A stretch of 64,000 nucleotides of DNA from Gammaproteobacteria bacterium (GTDB lineage: Bacteria; Pseudomonadota; Gammaproteobacteria; Chromatiales; Chromatiaceae). Below are positions 28,891-39,097 of this stretch, piece by piece. The position numbers and the translations under genes were made by a program. The stretch spans positions 1,518 through 65,517 of the forward strand of contig JASJCU010000001.1 of NCBI GenBank assembly GCA_030065815.1, read 5' to 3'. Every line of letters begins with the position of its first letter. The stretch's first letter is position 1. The notes beneath the pieces are model-generated. The model was given only the letters and a program-made list of their open reading frames with translations, was not told the origin of the DNA and ran no database searches.

Positions 28891-30309
28891 ATGGGCATAA
28901 AATCGCGCGCCGACAAGAAACTGTTCGTTCTTGACACCAACGTGTTGATGCACGATCCGACCGCGATCTTCCGTTTCGCCGAACACGACATCTTCCTGCC
29001 GATGGTCGTCCTCGAAGAGCTCGACCGGGCGAAGAAGGGCACGTCGGAAGTCGCCCGTAACTCGCGCCAGGTCAGCCGGTTCCTCGATGAGCTGATGAGC
29101 AAGGCGTCCAAGCAGGACATCGATTCCGGGCTGCCGCTGCCGACCACGGCCAAGCAACTGCACGACGGATTCGCCGACGACAACTGCGGCCACCTGTTCT
29201 TCCAGACCCAGCTGCAGCCGAAGCAGCTGCCGCAGACGCTGCCCGGCGACACGTCCGACAACAACATCCTCGGCACCGCGCTGGCACTTGCCGACATGGC
29301 CCCGAAGCGTCACGTGACGCTGGTGTCCAAGGACATCAACCTGCGCATCAAGGCCGCGGTCATCGGCATCCACACCGAGGACTACCACAACGACCAGGTC
29401 CTCGACGACGTCAACCTGCTGTACTCCGGTGAGGCCGAACTGCCCGCGGGATTCTGGGATACGCACAGCAAGGACATCGACTCGTGGCAGGAAGAGGGCC
29501 ACACCTATTACCGCGTCAAGGGACCGGACACCGCCGACTGGCACATCAACCAATGTCTGTACATCGAGGGCGATCAGCCATTCGAGGCAATCGTGCGCGA
29601 GCGCGACGGCGATGACGCGATCATCGAGATCGTCAACGACTATCGGTCGAGCAAGCATGCAGTATGGGGGATCAGCGCACGCAACCGCGAGCAGAACTTC
29701 GCGCTGAACCTGCTGATGGATCCGAACATCGACTTCGTCTCGCTGCTCGGCACGGCCGGCACCGGCAAGACGCTGCTCGCGCTGGCCGCAGGCCTCGCCC
29801 AGGTCCTCGACCAGAACCTGTTCCGCGAGATCGTCATGACCCGGGTGACCGTGCCGGTCGGCGAAGACATCGGCTTTCTACCCGGAACCGAGGAAGAAAA
29901 GATGACGCCGTGGATGGGCGCGCTGATGGACAACCTCGAGGTATTGACGCAGACCGAGGGCGGCGAATGGGGACGCGCCGCGACCGACGATCTGCTGCGC
30001 TCGCGGATCCGCATCCATTCGCTGAACTTCATGCGCGGCCGCACGTTCCTGAACAAGTACATCATCCTCGACGAGGCGCAGAACCTGACGCCGAAGCAGA
30101 TGAAGACGCTGATCACGCGCGCCGGACCGGGAACCAAGATCGTCTGCCTGGGTAACGTCGCGCAGATCGATACACCCTACCTGACCGAAACCACGTCCGG
30201 CCTGACCTACGTCGTCGATCGCTTCAAGAACTGGCCACACGGCGGCCACATCACGCTGCAGCGCGGCGAACGTTCGCGCCTCGCAGACTTCGCGTCGGAG
30301 ATGCTCTAG
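28891..30309 (+). CDS. PIN-domain plus PhoH-like ATPase protein (YlaK-type)
   Basis: N-terminal PIN (FVLDTNVLMHDP...LEELD), C-terminal P-loop LLGTAGTGKTLLALA and IILDEAQNLT. Confidence 0.85.
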   Translation: MGIKSRADKKLFVLDTNVLMHDPTAIFRFAEHDIFLPMVVLEELDRAKKGTSEVARNSRQVSRFLDELMSKASKQDIDSGLPLPTTAKQLHDGFADDNCGHLFFQTQLQPKQLPQTLPGDTSDNNILGTALALADMAPKRHVTLVSKDINLRIKAAVIGIHTEDYHNDQVLDDVNLLYSGEAELPAGFWDTHSKDIDSWQEEGHTYYRVKGPDTADWHINQCLYIEGDQPFEAIVRERDGDDAIIEIVNDYRSSKHAVWGISARNREQNFALNLLMDPNIDFVSLLGTAGTGKTLLALAAGLAQVLDQNLFREIVMTRVTVPVGEDIGFLPGTEEEKMTPWMGALMDNLEVLTQTEGGEWGRAATDDLLRSRIRIHSLNFMRGRTFLNKYIILDEAQNLTPKQMKTLITRAGPGTKIVCLGNVAQIDTPYLTETTSGLTYVVDRFKNWPHGGHITLQRGERSRLADFASEML

Positions 30310-30325
30310 CGACAGCCGCCGCCAG

Positions 30326-33109
30326 TCACGCGACCGAGACGCTCTGCACGTGTTCGCGCAGGGCAAGCTCGGCATCGATGAAGGCGTCGTGGACCGCGTC
30401 GAACGCCCGCTGGGCGGCACCGAAATCGCCCGCCCGCGCATGCCTTTCGGCCTCGCGCGCGAGCTCGGAAAGGTGCATCGCGCCGACGTTGGCGCTGCTC
30501 GATTTCAATGAATGCACTGGTCGCACCATCGACTCGACGTCACCGTTCGCGACCGCCTGCCTGGCATCGGCAACCAGCTGCGGGGCGTTGCGCAGGTAGG
30601 TGCGCAGCAGGTTCACGTAATCGTCTTCCATGATCTCCTTGAGCTCGCGCAGGACCCGCGAATCGAGCACGGGTCGCGTGGCCGCGGCGTCGTCCGGCGG
30701 CGCCGGGGTCGCAGCGGCGGCGGTCGGCGCCGTCGCTGCGGTATCGGTGCGCCTGGCCATCCATGTGGACACGCAATCGCGCAGGTCGCCGATGCCGACC
30801 GGCTTGGCCAGGTAGTCATCCATGCCGGCCGCCAGGCACTTCTCGCGGTCGCCGGCCATCGCGTTGGCGGTCATCGCGATGATCGGCGTCCGAGCGACGC
30901 CCTGTGCCGCCTCCAGCCGCCGGATCTGCCGCGTGGCCTCGTAGCCGTCCATGACCGGCATCTGGCAATCCATGAAGATCAGGTGATAGCGCTGCCGGCG
31001 AAACTGCGCCAGCGCCTCTTCGCCGTCGGTCGCCGACGCACTGCCGAGCCCGAGCTTGGCCAGCGCCTTCTTGACGACACCGAGGTTGACCGGGTTGTCC
31101 TCGACCAACAGCACCGTGCCTTCGAACCTGGGCAGTGCCGACGGCGTTTCGACATCGTCGAGCTCGACGTCGCCGACCGAGACATTGAGGTCATCGTAGA
31201 CCTCGTCGAGACGGATATCGGCGTTGCCGTAGTGACCAGTCTCGACGTCGAACAAGCGGTACAACAGGCGGCGCAGCGGTTCCGGGCGCAGCGCGTCGGT
31301 GAGCAGCAGTGCGCCATAGTCACGCTTGATCTTCTGGGCGAGGCTGTCGGAACGCACCGACACGACGACGTGGATGCCCTTGAGGGCATCGATCGCGCGC
31401 AGCTCTGCGAGCAGTCCGGGCAGGCGCTGCTCGATGCCGCTGCCGTCGATCAACACCAGTTCGTAGGTCCAGCTCTTGCCGAGCATCGACGTCGATCGCA
31501 GCTTGTTGATCGCGTCGTTGGGCTCGCCTGCGACCTCGACGACGACGCCCCAGCCACGCAGGTCCTGCGCGACCCTGGCACTGACCTCCTGGTCGCCGAT
31601 CACGGTCAACACGCGCACACCGTGCAGGTCGCGGCGTGCCGACGGCACTTCGGTGACCGATTTGCGCAACGGCACCAGGAACCAGAACGTCGACCCCTGG
31701 CCGAGCGTCGAGCGTACACCGATCTTGCCGCCCATCAGCTCGACGAGGCGCTTGCAGATCACCAGGCCGAGCCCGGTGCCGCCGTGCTTGCGCGTGGTCG
31801 ACGCATCCGCCTGCGTGAACGACTGGAACAGGCGGTCGGCGGTATCCGCCGACATGCCGACGCCGGTGTCGGCCACGGCGAACAGCAGCTCGACCTCCTT
31901 CTGGCTGGTCTGACCGCGCGATACCTCGACGCGTATGCCGCCCTCCTCGGTGAACTTGATCGCGTTGCTGACCAGGTTGATCAGTACCTGGCGCAGGCGG
32001 ATCGGGTCGCCGCGCACGACGTGCGGGACATTGTCGGCGACGCTGGCGCTCAACTTCAGGTTGTGGTTGCGCGCGCTGCTGCTCATCAGCTCGGTCACCG
32101 AATCGACCATGTCGCGGACATCGATCTCGATCGATTCCAACTGCAGCTTGCCCGACTCGACCTTGGCGAAATCGAGGATGTCGTTGATGATCCGCAGCAG
32201 GTGGCGCGACGAACTCTGCGCGGTACGGACCATCTTCACCTGCTCTTCGTTGAGCCGTGTGTCGCGAAGCATCTCGAGGATCGGCAGGATGCCGTTGAGC
32301 GGCGTCCGGATCTCGTGGCTCATCGTCGCCAGGAACTCGGTCTTCGCGCGATTGGCGTCTTCGGCGAGATCGAGGATCTCCGCCAGTTCGCCCTCCAGGG
32401 TCGTGCGCTGCTGCCGCACCTCCTTGAGCCGTTCGTCGGTCTCGCCGAGCTGTTTCTGCAGCTCGGACGATTCGAAGTGCAGAAAACGCATGTCGGCCTT
32501 GATCAGGTCGACACGCCGGGCGTAGACAGCGGCCATCAGCGCCAGTGTCGCCAGCGGGAACCAAAGACCGAGCGGCAACAGGAAGGCCTCGCCGCCGAAG
32601 CCCGGCACGAAGGCAAATGCGACGATGCACAGCACCTGCGCGAACAGCTGCAGCACCAGACCCGGCAGCCATGAGACCGTCGGCAGCACCGAGAAAGACA
32701 GTCCCAGCCAGGCAACGACCAACAGGACCAGCGACGACGGCTGCGCGCCGACCGCAATCACCGACGCGAACGCCCACGCCGCGCTGTTGACTGTCATCAC
32801 GGCGACGAGCAGCAGCCGCCAGCGCGTGAGTGACCCGCGGCTGAGCAGCTGGCGACCGAGCAGCGGCCCGCCGAACGCCGCCACCAGCGCCGGCAACGTT
32901 GCCCAGGACAGCCAATAACTGTCGAGGTGCGTGACCTCGGTACCCAGCCAGGCAACGGTCGCGACCAGCAACAACAACATGCCGCCGGCGAGACCGGCAA
33001 CGCGGGCGCTGAGCTGCAGACTCTCGATGCCGATCAGCGCCTGCAGCGCCGGCTCGGCGCCGTCGCTGTTCGGATGGGGGTTCGGCAGTGCCGTTTGTGA
33101 CGCTTTCAC
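30326..33109 (-). CDS. unorthodox hybrid sensor kinase (multi-TM sensor, HisKA-HATPase, pseudo-receiver, receiver, Hpt)
   Basis: H-box TMSHEIRTPLNG, the G-boxes DTGVGM and GGTGLGL, receiver VLLVEDNPVN...IFMDCQMPVMDG...AKP, and C-terminal Hpt VHSLKSSSANVGA. Confidence 0.85.
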   Translation of the reverse strand: MKASQTALPNPHPNSDGAEPALQALIGIESLQLSARVAGLAGGMLLLLVATVAWLGTEVTHLDSYWLSWATLPALVAAFGGPLLGRQLLSRGSLTRWRLLLVAVMTVNSAAWAFASVIAVGAQPSSLVLLVVAWLGLSFSVLPTVSWLPGLVLQLFAQVLCIVAFAFVPGFGGEAFLLPLGLWFPLATLALMAAVYARRVDLIKADMRFLHFESSELQKQLGETDERLKEVRQQRTTLEGELAEILDLAEDANRAKTEFLATMSHEIRTPLNGILPILEMLRDTRLNEEQVKMVRTAQSSSRHLLRIINDILDFAKVESGKLQLESIEIDVRDMVDSVTELMSSSARNHNLKLSASVADNVPHVVRGDPIRLRQVLINLVSNAIKFTEEGGIRVEVSRGQTSQKEVELLFAVADTGVGMSADTADRLFQSFTQADASTTRKHGGTGLGLVICKRLVELMGGKIGVRSTLGQGSTFWFLVPLRKSVTEVPSARRDLHGVRVLTVIGDQEVSARVAQDLRGWGVVVEVAGEPNDAINKLRSTSMLGKSWTYELVLIDGSGIEQRLPGLLAELRAIDALKGIHVVVSVRSDSLAQKIKRDYGALLLTDALRPEPLRRLLYRLFDVETGHYGNADIRLDEVYDDLNVSVGDVELDDVETPSALPRFEGTVLLVEDNPVNLGVVKKALAKLGLGSASATDGEEALAQFRRQRYHLIFMDCQMPVMDGYEATRQIRRLEAAQGVARTPIIAMTANAMAGDREKCLAAGMDDYLAKPVGIGDLRDCVSTWMARRTDTAATAPTAAAATPAPPDDAAATRPVLDSRVLRELKEIMEDDYVNLLRTYLRNAPQLVADARQAVANGDVESMVRPVHSLKSSSANVGAMHLSELAREAERHARAGDFGAAQRAFDAVHDAFIDAELALREHVQSVSVA

Positions 33110-33291
33110 TGGGGTTTCTGCTGTCCGAGACCGTCGACGGGCCTTGCTTGATTATCGAATCGAAACAGCGCTTTGGCATGTATTATTGTGGCAGACCCAC
33201 GGCGTATCGCATATCGTTCGCTGAGGCCTTCGCAAGCGGTCGCGGGCCGCCCGGCAGGCCGGAAGAACAACAGCAAGGGGAAACGCAGTCA

Positions 33292-35694
33292 ATGGCGGAA
33301 CCGCCAGGCGACAAGGAAACCGATCTCGGTGGCGGCCGCGACGCCTTCGTCGAGCAGCTGTCGACGCGTCTGGCGGCAATCGAGGACATCTGGTCGAAAC
33401 TGGAGTCCGGCGCCTGGGACAGGGAGCTGCTCGATGCCCTGTATGCGCGCATCCGCGAGATCTCGGAGTCGAGCAAGTCGTACAACCTGTTCCAGCTCAA
33501 CGAGAGCGTGTTCTCGCTCGAAGTCTACCTGAGTTCTTTCGTCGATTCCGACATCGTGCCGGGCGCGTCGCAGATGAGTGCGATCGCCGGCCTGGTCCGA
33601 GCCCTGAAGACCGCGGCCAGCGTCACGGCCTCGACCGAACTCACGGCAGGCGGCGATGCCGACGAGGCCGGGATCTTCATACTCGGCGACAGCGACGGAC
33701 CGACCGGCGATGTAACGACGGCGTTGAGCGAACTCGGCTGCGACGTGAGCCTGTTCGGCGACACCGAGGCCCTGCTCGCGCGCCTGCAGGTTCGACCGCC
33801 GAAGGTCATCGTCGCCGATACCGCCGCGCTGCCCGGCATCGGACCGCTGTCCGACGAACTGGTCCGCCTGCGCAGCCACATGTCGCTGCACATCCCGCTG
33901 ATCTTCGTCAGCCGCTCGACGACGCTGCAGCTGCGCGTCGACGCGATCCGCGCCGGCGGTGACGGTTATCTGGTCGCGCCGCTCGATGCACAACAGGTCG
34001 CGATGCAGATCCGTGACATGGCGGCACCGGACTCCGAGACCCCGTCGCGCGTGCTGATCGTCGAGGACGATCCGACGCAGGCTGACTTCGCGGCGTCTAT
34101 CCTGCACAAGGCCGGGATCGAGGTGCTCCAGGTCACCGAACCGATCAAGGTCATCGACGCATTGCGCGACTTTCGCCCGGACCTGATACTGATGGACATC
34201 TACATGCCGGAGGTCAACGGCATTGAGCTGACGACGATCATCCGCGACCATCAGGAATTCGTCGCGATCCCGATCGTGTTCCTGTCCGGCGAGCAGAACA
34301 CCGAGAAGCAGCTCGACGCGCTCAGCGTCGGCGGCGACGACTTCGTCGCCAAGCCGATCCGGCCGAAACACCTGCTGAGCATCGTGCAGACACGCATCCG
34401 GCGCTCGCGCCAGATCCTCAGCGCCACCGGCAAACCACCGAAACACGATCGCGTCACCGGCCTGTTCTCGCGTCAGCTGTTTCTCGACCGCGTGGCCGCC
34501 GCTATCGACGACGAGGTCCGCGGTGGCTCGGCCGGCGTACTGATGGTGCGGCCGGACAACGCCGAGGAACTCAATGCAGCCCTCGGCGCCGGCGGCATGG
34601 ATCACCTGATGTCCAAGCTCGGCGAACTGATCGCCGCGCAGCTCGACGACACCGACGTTGCGGCGCGCGTCGACGAGCGGTCGTTCGGCGTACTGGCACG
34701 CCGCGAACAGCGCGAAGCGCTGATCGGGCTCGCCGAGACGCTGATCCGGCAGATCGATGACGCCGGTCTCGACGACAAGGTCTCGCTGCATGCCAGTGTC
34801 GGCCTGTGCGTCATCGATGACCGCTTGGAGAACGCCAACGGCATCATCGCGCGGGCCACCGCGGCCTGCGGCGATGCTGCGATCCACGGCGGTCAGCGCG
34901 TCCACGTCCATAGCGCCGAGGCCGACAGTCAGGAGATCTCCACACAACCCGACGACGACCTGCCGCAGCGGGTCAAGAACGCGCTCCGCGATGATGCGTT
35001 CATCATCCAGTACCAGCCACTGCTCGACCTGCAGACGCGCGGCAGCGAGACCTACGAGATAGTGCTGCGCGTCGAGAACGCGCAGGGCGACCTGGTCGGC
35101 GACCGCGTTCTGCTCGAGGCCGCCGAGAAGACCGACAGCTGCGAGGAGCTCGATCACTGGATACTCGAACGCGCGATCAATATTCTCAAGCAGCGCCGCG
35201 ATGGTGGCAGGCGCACCCGGGTGTTCGTGCACCAGTCGTCGCGCAGCGCGTTGAACGCCGACATGCCGGCCTGGCTGCTCGGTCGCCTGCGTGCCAAGCA
35301 GATGGTCGGCACCGGCCTGGTCGTCGATTTCCGCCTGCCCGACCTGTCGCTGGACCTGAAGACGGCGCAGCAGAACATCCGCGCGCTGCGCGAGATGGAC
35401 GTCGAGGTATCGCTGTCGCGTTTCCCAGAGAAAGAAGCGGCCTTCAAGGTGCTGAACTACTTGCGGGCGAACTACATCAACATCACGCCGCGCCTGCTCA
35501 AGGCCGACCGGCACGTGATCAGCAGCGTGATCCGCCAGGCCCACGACGCCAGCGCCAAGGTGATCGTGTCCAACGTCGACGACCCGCGCAGCATCGATCT
35601 GCACTGGTCGTCCGGTGCCGACTTCCTGCAGGGCAATTTCATCCAGCGGCCGCTGGAGAACATGGACTACGACTTCACCCAGGTCGTGATCTGA
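33292..35694 (+). CDS. response-regulator protein: Hpt-like N-domain, two receiver-like domains, degenerate GGDEF and degenerate EAL
   Basis: ATG 33292 after aagggga. The canonical receiver is VLIVEDDPTQ...LILMDIYMPEVNG...AKP. The GGDEF position reads RVDERSF. In the EAL domain, YEIVLR replaces EAL and LSRFPE replaces DDFGTG. Confidence 0.8.
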   Translation: MAEPPGDKETDLGGGRDAFVEQLSTRLAAIEDIWSKLESGAWDRELLDALYARIREISESSKSYNLFQLNESVFSLEVYLSSFVDSDIVPGASQMSAIAGLVRALKTAASVTASTELTAGGDADEAGIFILGDSDGPTGDVTTALSELGCDVSLFGDTEALLARLQVRPPKVIVADTAALPGIGPLSDELVRLRSHMSLHIPLIFVSRSTTLQLRVDAIRAGGDGYLVAPLDAQQVAMQIRDMAAPDSETPSRVLIVEDDPTQADFAASILHKAGIEVLQVTEPIKVIDALRDFRPDLILMDIYMPEVNGIELTTIIRDHQEFVAIPIVFLSGEQNTEKQLDALSVGGDDFVAKPIRPKHLLSIVQTRIRRSRQILSATGKPPKHDRVTGLFSRQLFLDRVAAAIDDEVRGGSAGVLMVRPDNAEELNAALGAGGMDHLMSKLGELIAAQLDDTDVAARVDERSFGVLARREQREALIGLAETLIRQIDDAGLDDKVSLHASVGLCVIDDRLENANGIIARATAACGDAAIHGGQRVHVHSAEADSQEISTQPDDDLPQRVKNALRDDAFIIQYQPLLDLQTRGSETYEIVLRVENAQGDLVGDRVLLEAAEKTDSCEELDHWILERAINILKQRRDGGRRTRVFVHQSSRSALNADMPAWLLGRLRAKQMVGTGLVVDFRLPDLSLDLKTAQQNIRALREMDVEVSLSRFPEKEAAFKVLNYLRANYINITPRLLKADRHVISSVIRQAHDASAKVIVSNVDDPRSIDLHWSSGADFLQGNFIQRPLENMDYDFTQVVI

Positions 35695-35700
35695 CGCGAC

Positions 35701-36381
35701 ATGCTCAGCGAACCGTCGCTAGCCCGGTTCCGCGAGCACTTCGCGTCGATTGCCGGCGACCGCGAGTTGATGCGCCATGTCGAGGCCGGCGCGTCCGTGG
35801 CATCGCTGCCTGCCGGCAAGACCATCTGCAACGAAGGCGACGCGTGCTCACATCTCGCGCTGCTCCTGTCGGGCAGCGCGAGGGTCTTCAAACTCGCCGA
35901 GTCGGGCCGCGAGATCACGCTGTACCATGTGGAACCGGGCGAGTGCTGTATTTTGACCGCATCGTGCATGCTCAGCGGCCGCGCGTTCCCGGCGCACGCC
36001 AGCGTCGAGCGCCCACTCGACACCGTCCTGATTCCATCGGCACGCGTCGTCGACTGGGCGGCGACGTTGGAGGTCTGGCGGCGGTTTCTGTGGCGCCTGC
36101 TCGCCGAACGCCTCGGCGACGTGATTGGGCTGGTCGACGAAGTGGCGTTCCGGCGCATGGACCAGAGGCTCGTCGATCACCTGGTTGCGCACGCTGCGCG
36201 GCACGGTCCGGAGCTGCGTGCCACGCACGGCCAGATCGCTGCCGAACTCGGTACGTCGCGCGAGGTGGTCAGCCGCCTCCTCAAGGACCTGGAACAACGC
36301 GGCGCGCTGCGTCTGCACCGTGGCCGCATCGAGGTCCTCGACAGCGCCGCGCTCGCCACCCTGTCGCGACTGTGTGACTAA
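35701..36381 (+). CDS. Crp/Fnr-family transcriptional regulator (no FNR-type N-terminal Cys cluster)
   Basis: cNMP-like beta-roll followed by a C-terminal HTH, GTSREVVSRLLKDLEQRG (the E--SR recognition motif). Confidence 0.8.
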   Translation: MLSEPSLARFREHFASIAGDRELMRHVEAGASVASLPAGKTICNEGDACSHLALLLSGSARVFKLAESGREITLYHVEPGECCILTASCMLSGRAFPAHASVERPLDTVLIPSARVVDWAATLEVWRRFLWRLLAERLGDVIGLVDEVAFRRMDQRLVDHLVAHAARHGPELRATHGQIAAELGTSREVVSRLLKDLEQRGALRLHRGRIEVLDSAALATLSRLCD

Positions 36382-36456
36382 GTCACAGACGTCGTCTCCG
36401 CGCGGCCCTACGCTGGCGGCGTAGATATTCACCGACATCGTATCGAGGAGACAGAC

Positions 36457-36639
36457 ATGACGCAGAACGTCGGCGGCATCGACCGCATCGTCCGTATCAT
36501 CTTGGGGATCGCCCTGCTCGGTTGGGGCTACACGGCGCAGAACTGGCTGGGCGCGATCGGCCTGGTGCCACTGTTGACAGCCCTGATCGGCTGGTGCCCG
36601 GCCTATGCCCCGTTCGGCATCAAGACCAACAAGACCTGA
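36457..36639 (+). CDS. small DUF2892/YgaP-TM-like membrane protein
   Basis: 60 aa. NVGGIDRIVRIILGIALL...LTALIGWCPAY is the typical pattern of this family. Confidence 0.65.
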   Translation: MTQNVGGIDRIVRIILGIALLGWGYTAQNWLGAIGLVPLLTALIGWCPAYAPFGIKTNKT

Positions 36640-36663
36640 TCGGCAACCGCTGGCGGCGCCCGG

Positions 36664-37728
36664 TCAGGCGGGCCGGGCGGCGATGCCACGCGTCGGCCAG
36701 GCACGCAGGACGGCGTTGACCAGCGTCGCCAGCGGGATGGCGAAGAACACCCCCCAGAACCCCCACAGTCCGCCGAACACCAGGATCGCGACGATGATCG
36801 CGATCGGGTGCAGGCTGACGACTTCGCCGAACAGCAGGGGCACCAGCACGTTGCCGTCGAGGGCCTGGATCACGAGGTAGGCGACGGTGACCCAGATGAA
36901 GTCCTGGCCCCATCCCCACTGGAACCACGCCACCATGACGACCGGGATCGTGACAACGGTCGCACCGACGTAGGGGATCACGACCGACAGGCCTACCAGC
37001 ACGGCCAGCAACATCGCGTATTGCAGCTCGAAGTACGTGAACGCGAGCAGGGTCGCCGCCCAGACGATGATGATCTCCCAGAACTTGCCGCGCACATAGT
37101 TGGCTATCTGGCGGTCGACCTCTACCCAGACGATGTCGGCGAGGCCACGCTCGCCGGGCATGAAGCTCGTGAACCAGCGCAGGATGATGTCCTTGTCCTT
37201 GAGGAAGAAGAACACCAGCATCGGCATCAGGACCAGATAGACCAGGATCGTCAGCACGCCGACCACCGACGACACCGACACGCTGACGACGTCCTGCCCC
37301 CAGCTGGCAATCTCGCTCTGTACGGCGCTCAGGATCTCTTCGGCCTGCTTCGGCGACACCACGTCGGGGAAGCGCTCCGGCAGTGCCATCAGCGCGTTCT
37401 GCGCCGTACCGATGATGTTCGGCAGTTGCTGCACGAGCTCGGTCACCTGCCGTGACAACAGCGGCATCAGGCCGAACAGCACGGCCGTGACGAACAGCAC
37501 GAAGGCCACGAACACGATCGTAACGGCCAACAGCCGCGGCAACCCGCGGTCTTCGAGCACGACGACCAGGCCCTCCAGCAGGTAGGCGATCACGGCGCTG
37601 GCCAGAACCGGCGCCAGCATATCGCCCATCGTCAACACGATCGCGAATCCGACCGCCAGGATCAGCGTCAGGAAAACGATCTGCGGGTCGGAAAACGTCC
37701 GCTTGAACCAGTCGGTGATCAGTCGCAT
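36664..37728 (-). CDS. AI-2E family transporter (PerM/YhhT-like permease)
   Basis: 354 aa, multi-TM, with a conserved C-terminal region (PLLFGEVVSLHPIAIIVAILVFGGLWGFWGVFFAIPLA). Confidence 0.85.
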   Translation of the reverse strand: MRLITDWFKRTFSDPQIVFLTLILAVGFAIVLTMGDMLAPVLASAVIAYLLEGLVVVLEDRGLPRLLAVTIVFVAFVLFVTAVLFGLMPLLSRQVTELVQQLPNIIGTAQNALMALPERFPDVVSPKQAEEILSAVQSEIASWGQDVVSVSVSSVVGVLTILVYLVLMPMLVFFFLKDKDIILRWFTSFMPGERGLADIVWVEVDRQIANYVRGKFWEIIIVWAATLLAFTYFELQYAMLLAVLVGLSVVIPYVGATVVTIPVVMVAWFQWGWGQDFIWVTVAYLVIQALDGNVLVPLLFGEVVSLHPIAIIVAILVFGGLWGFWGVFFAIPLATLVNAVLRAWPTRGIAARPA

Positions 37729-37737
37729 CGCCGTATT

Positions 37738-38130
37738 CTACCCGCTACCCGATCGCGCGCGATCGTAATGCCGGCGAAACACGATCTCGAGTTCGTCGAT
37801 GACGTCGCTCGCCGACCGGCCCTGCATCACGTGCGCCGTCATCAACGCCGACGTCTCGTGCAGCAGCGGATCCTTGTCCAGCATGTGGAACGTCTTCGAC
37901 AGGCGGCGGATCGCCGCGACCACCGATTCCGAATCCGGCCGCGGGATGTCCAGCGGCGGCTGGTCGTGCGGTTCGCCGGCCGCGGCAGCGGCCGCGTCGT
38001 CGCTGCTGCCGCGCTCGGCCAGGAACTCGGCGAACGCCGTGAGCTGTTCGCGCTGCGGTGCCGACAGGCGGGCGAACAGCGCCAGCAGGCGCTGCTGGTC
38101 GGCCGGCAACGTGAGCTTCGGCGGCAACAT
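37738..38130 (-). CDS. hypothetical protein
   Basis: 130 aa from ATG 38130, 22 nt downstream of the LysR stop. The acidic/Ala-rich linker and C-terminal helical segment match no family I recognise. Confidence 0.45.
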   Translation of the reverse strand: MLPPKLTLPADQQRLLALFARLSAPQREQLTAFAEFLAERGSSDDAAAAAAGEPHDQPPLDIPRPDSESVVAAIRRLSKTFHMLDKDPLLHETSALMTAHVMQGRSASDVIDELEIVFRRHYDRARSGSG

Positions 38131-38152
38131 CGGCGGGGCGCCTGAGCGGCGG

Positions 38153-39058
38153 CTAGACCTCGCGATGCGCCTGGCAGTAGGCGCGGGCGAAATCGAGCAG
38201 CTCTTCCATGACGCGGACACGGAACTTCTGCTTCTGGTGGACGAACGAGAACGGGCGCTCGAGCACCGGATCGAGTTCGATCGCCACCAGGGTGCCCAGG
38301 CGAAGCTCTTTCTGGATCGTCGCGTTGGATACCACCGAGATGCCCATGCCGGCCTCGACCGCGCCCTTGACGGCCTCGGGGCTGCCGAGTTCCATCGCCA
38401 CATCCATGCACGACTGGCAGTCCTTGGTGTTGTTCATGTACTCGTTGATGACCTCGCGCGTGCCGGAACCCTCTTCGCGGCAGATGAACGGGTACTCGAG
38501 CAGCTCGTTCAGCGTGATCTTGCTGAGGTCCGCCTTGGGGTGGCCCGGCGGCAGGATCGCCACCAGCTTGTCGCGACGGCATTCGTCGACGACCAGGTTC
38601 TTGTTGCTGACCGGTGCCTCGACGACGCCGAGATCGATGGTGTTGTTCTCGACCATCGACACGATGCCGTCGGTATTGGATACCTTGAGGTGGATGCTGA
38701 CGTCCGGGTACTTGGCGCGGAAATCGCCGAGCAGCGCCGGCAGCATGTACTCGGCGATCGTCGTGCTGGCACCGATCGTCAGTGAACCGCTGATCTCGCC
38801 GGTCATCTCGCGCACGGCGTTCTCCATCTCGCCGTACAGCTCGAAAATCTTGTCGGAATACTCGTAGACGCGCGCGCCGGCCTCGGTCAGGCTGATGCGG
38901 TTGTGGGTGCGATCGAACAGGCGGGTGTTGAAGTACTCTTCGAGCTGACGCACCTGGAACGTGACGGCCGGCTGGGTCATGTGCAGGGTCTCGGCGGCCT
39001 TGGTGAAGCTGAGCAGGCGCGCGACAGTGTGGAAGACTTGCAACCGACGGTCGGCCAT
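38153..39058 (-). CDS. LysR-family transcriptional regulator
   Basis: N-terminal wHTH LQVFHTVARLLSFTKAAETLHMTQPAVTFQVRQLEEYF plus a periplasmic-binding-like effector domain. 301 aa. Confidence 0.9.
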   Translation of the reverse strand: MADRRLQVFHTVARLLSFTKAAETLHMTQPAVTFQVRQLEEYFNTRLFDRTHNRISLTEAGARVYEYSDKIFELYGEMENAVREMTGEISGSLTIGASTTIAEYMLPALLGDFRAKYPDVSIHLKVSNTDGIVSMVENNTIDLGVVEAPVSNKNLVVDECRRDKLVAILPPGHPKADLSKITLNELLEYPFICREEGSGTREVINEYMNNTKDCQSCMDVAMELGSPEAVKGAVEAGMGISVVSNATIQKELRLGTLVAIELDPVLERPFSFVHQKQKFRVRVMEELLDFARAYCQAHREV

Positions 39059-39082
39059 GGATCAAGTGCTCTCAGTGCGTCA

Positions 39083-39097
39083 ATAAACGTTCTTTAT
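39083..39097. promoter_or_regulatory. candidate LysR-type T-N11-A box (ATAAA-N5-TTTAT)
   Basis: ATAAACGTTCTTTAT is an inverted repeat with T-N11-A geometry. It lies 25-40 bp upstream of the LysR gene start, in the divergent gap toward the FadL-family gene. Confidence 0.35.
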
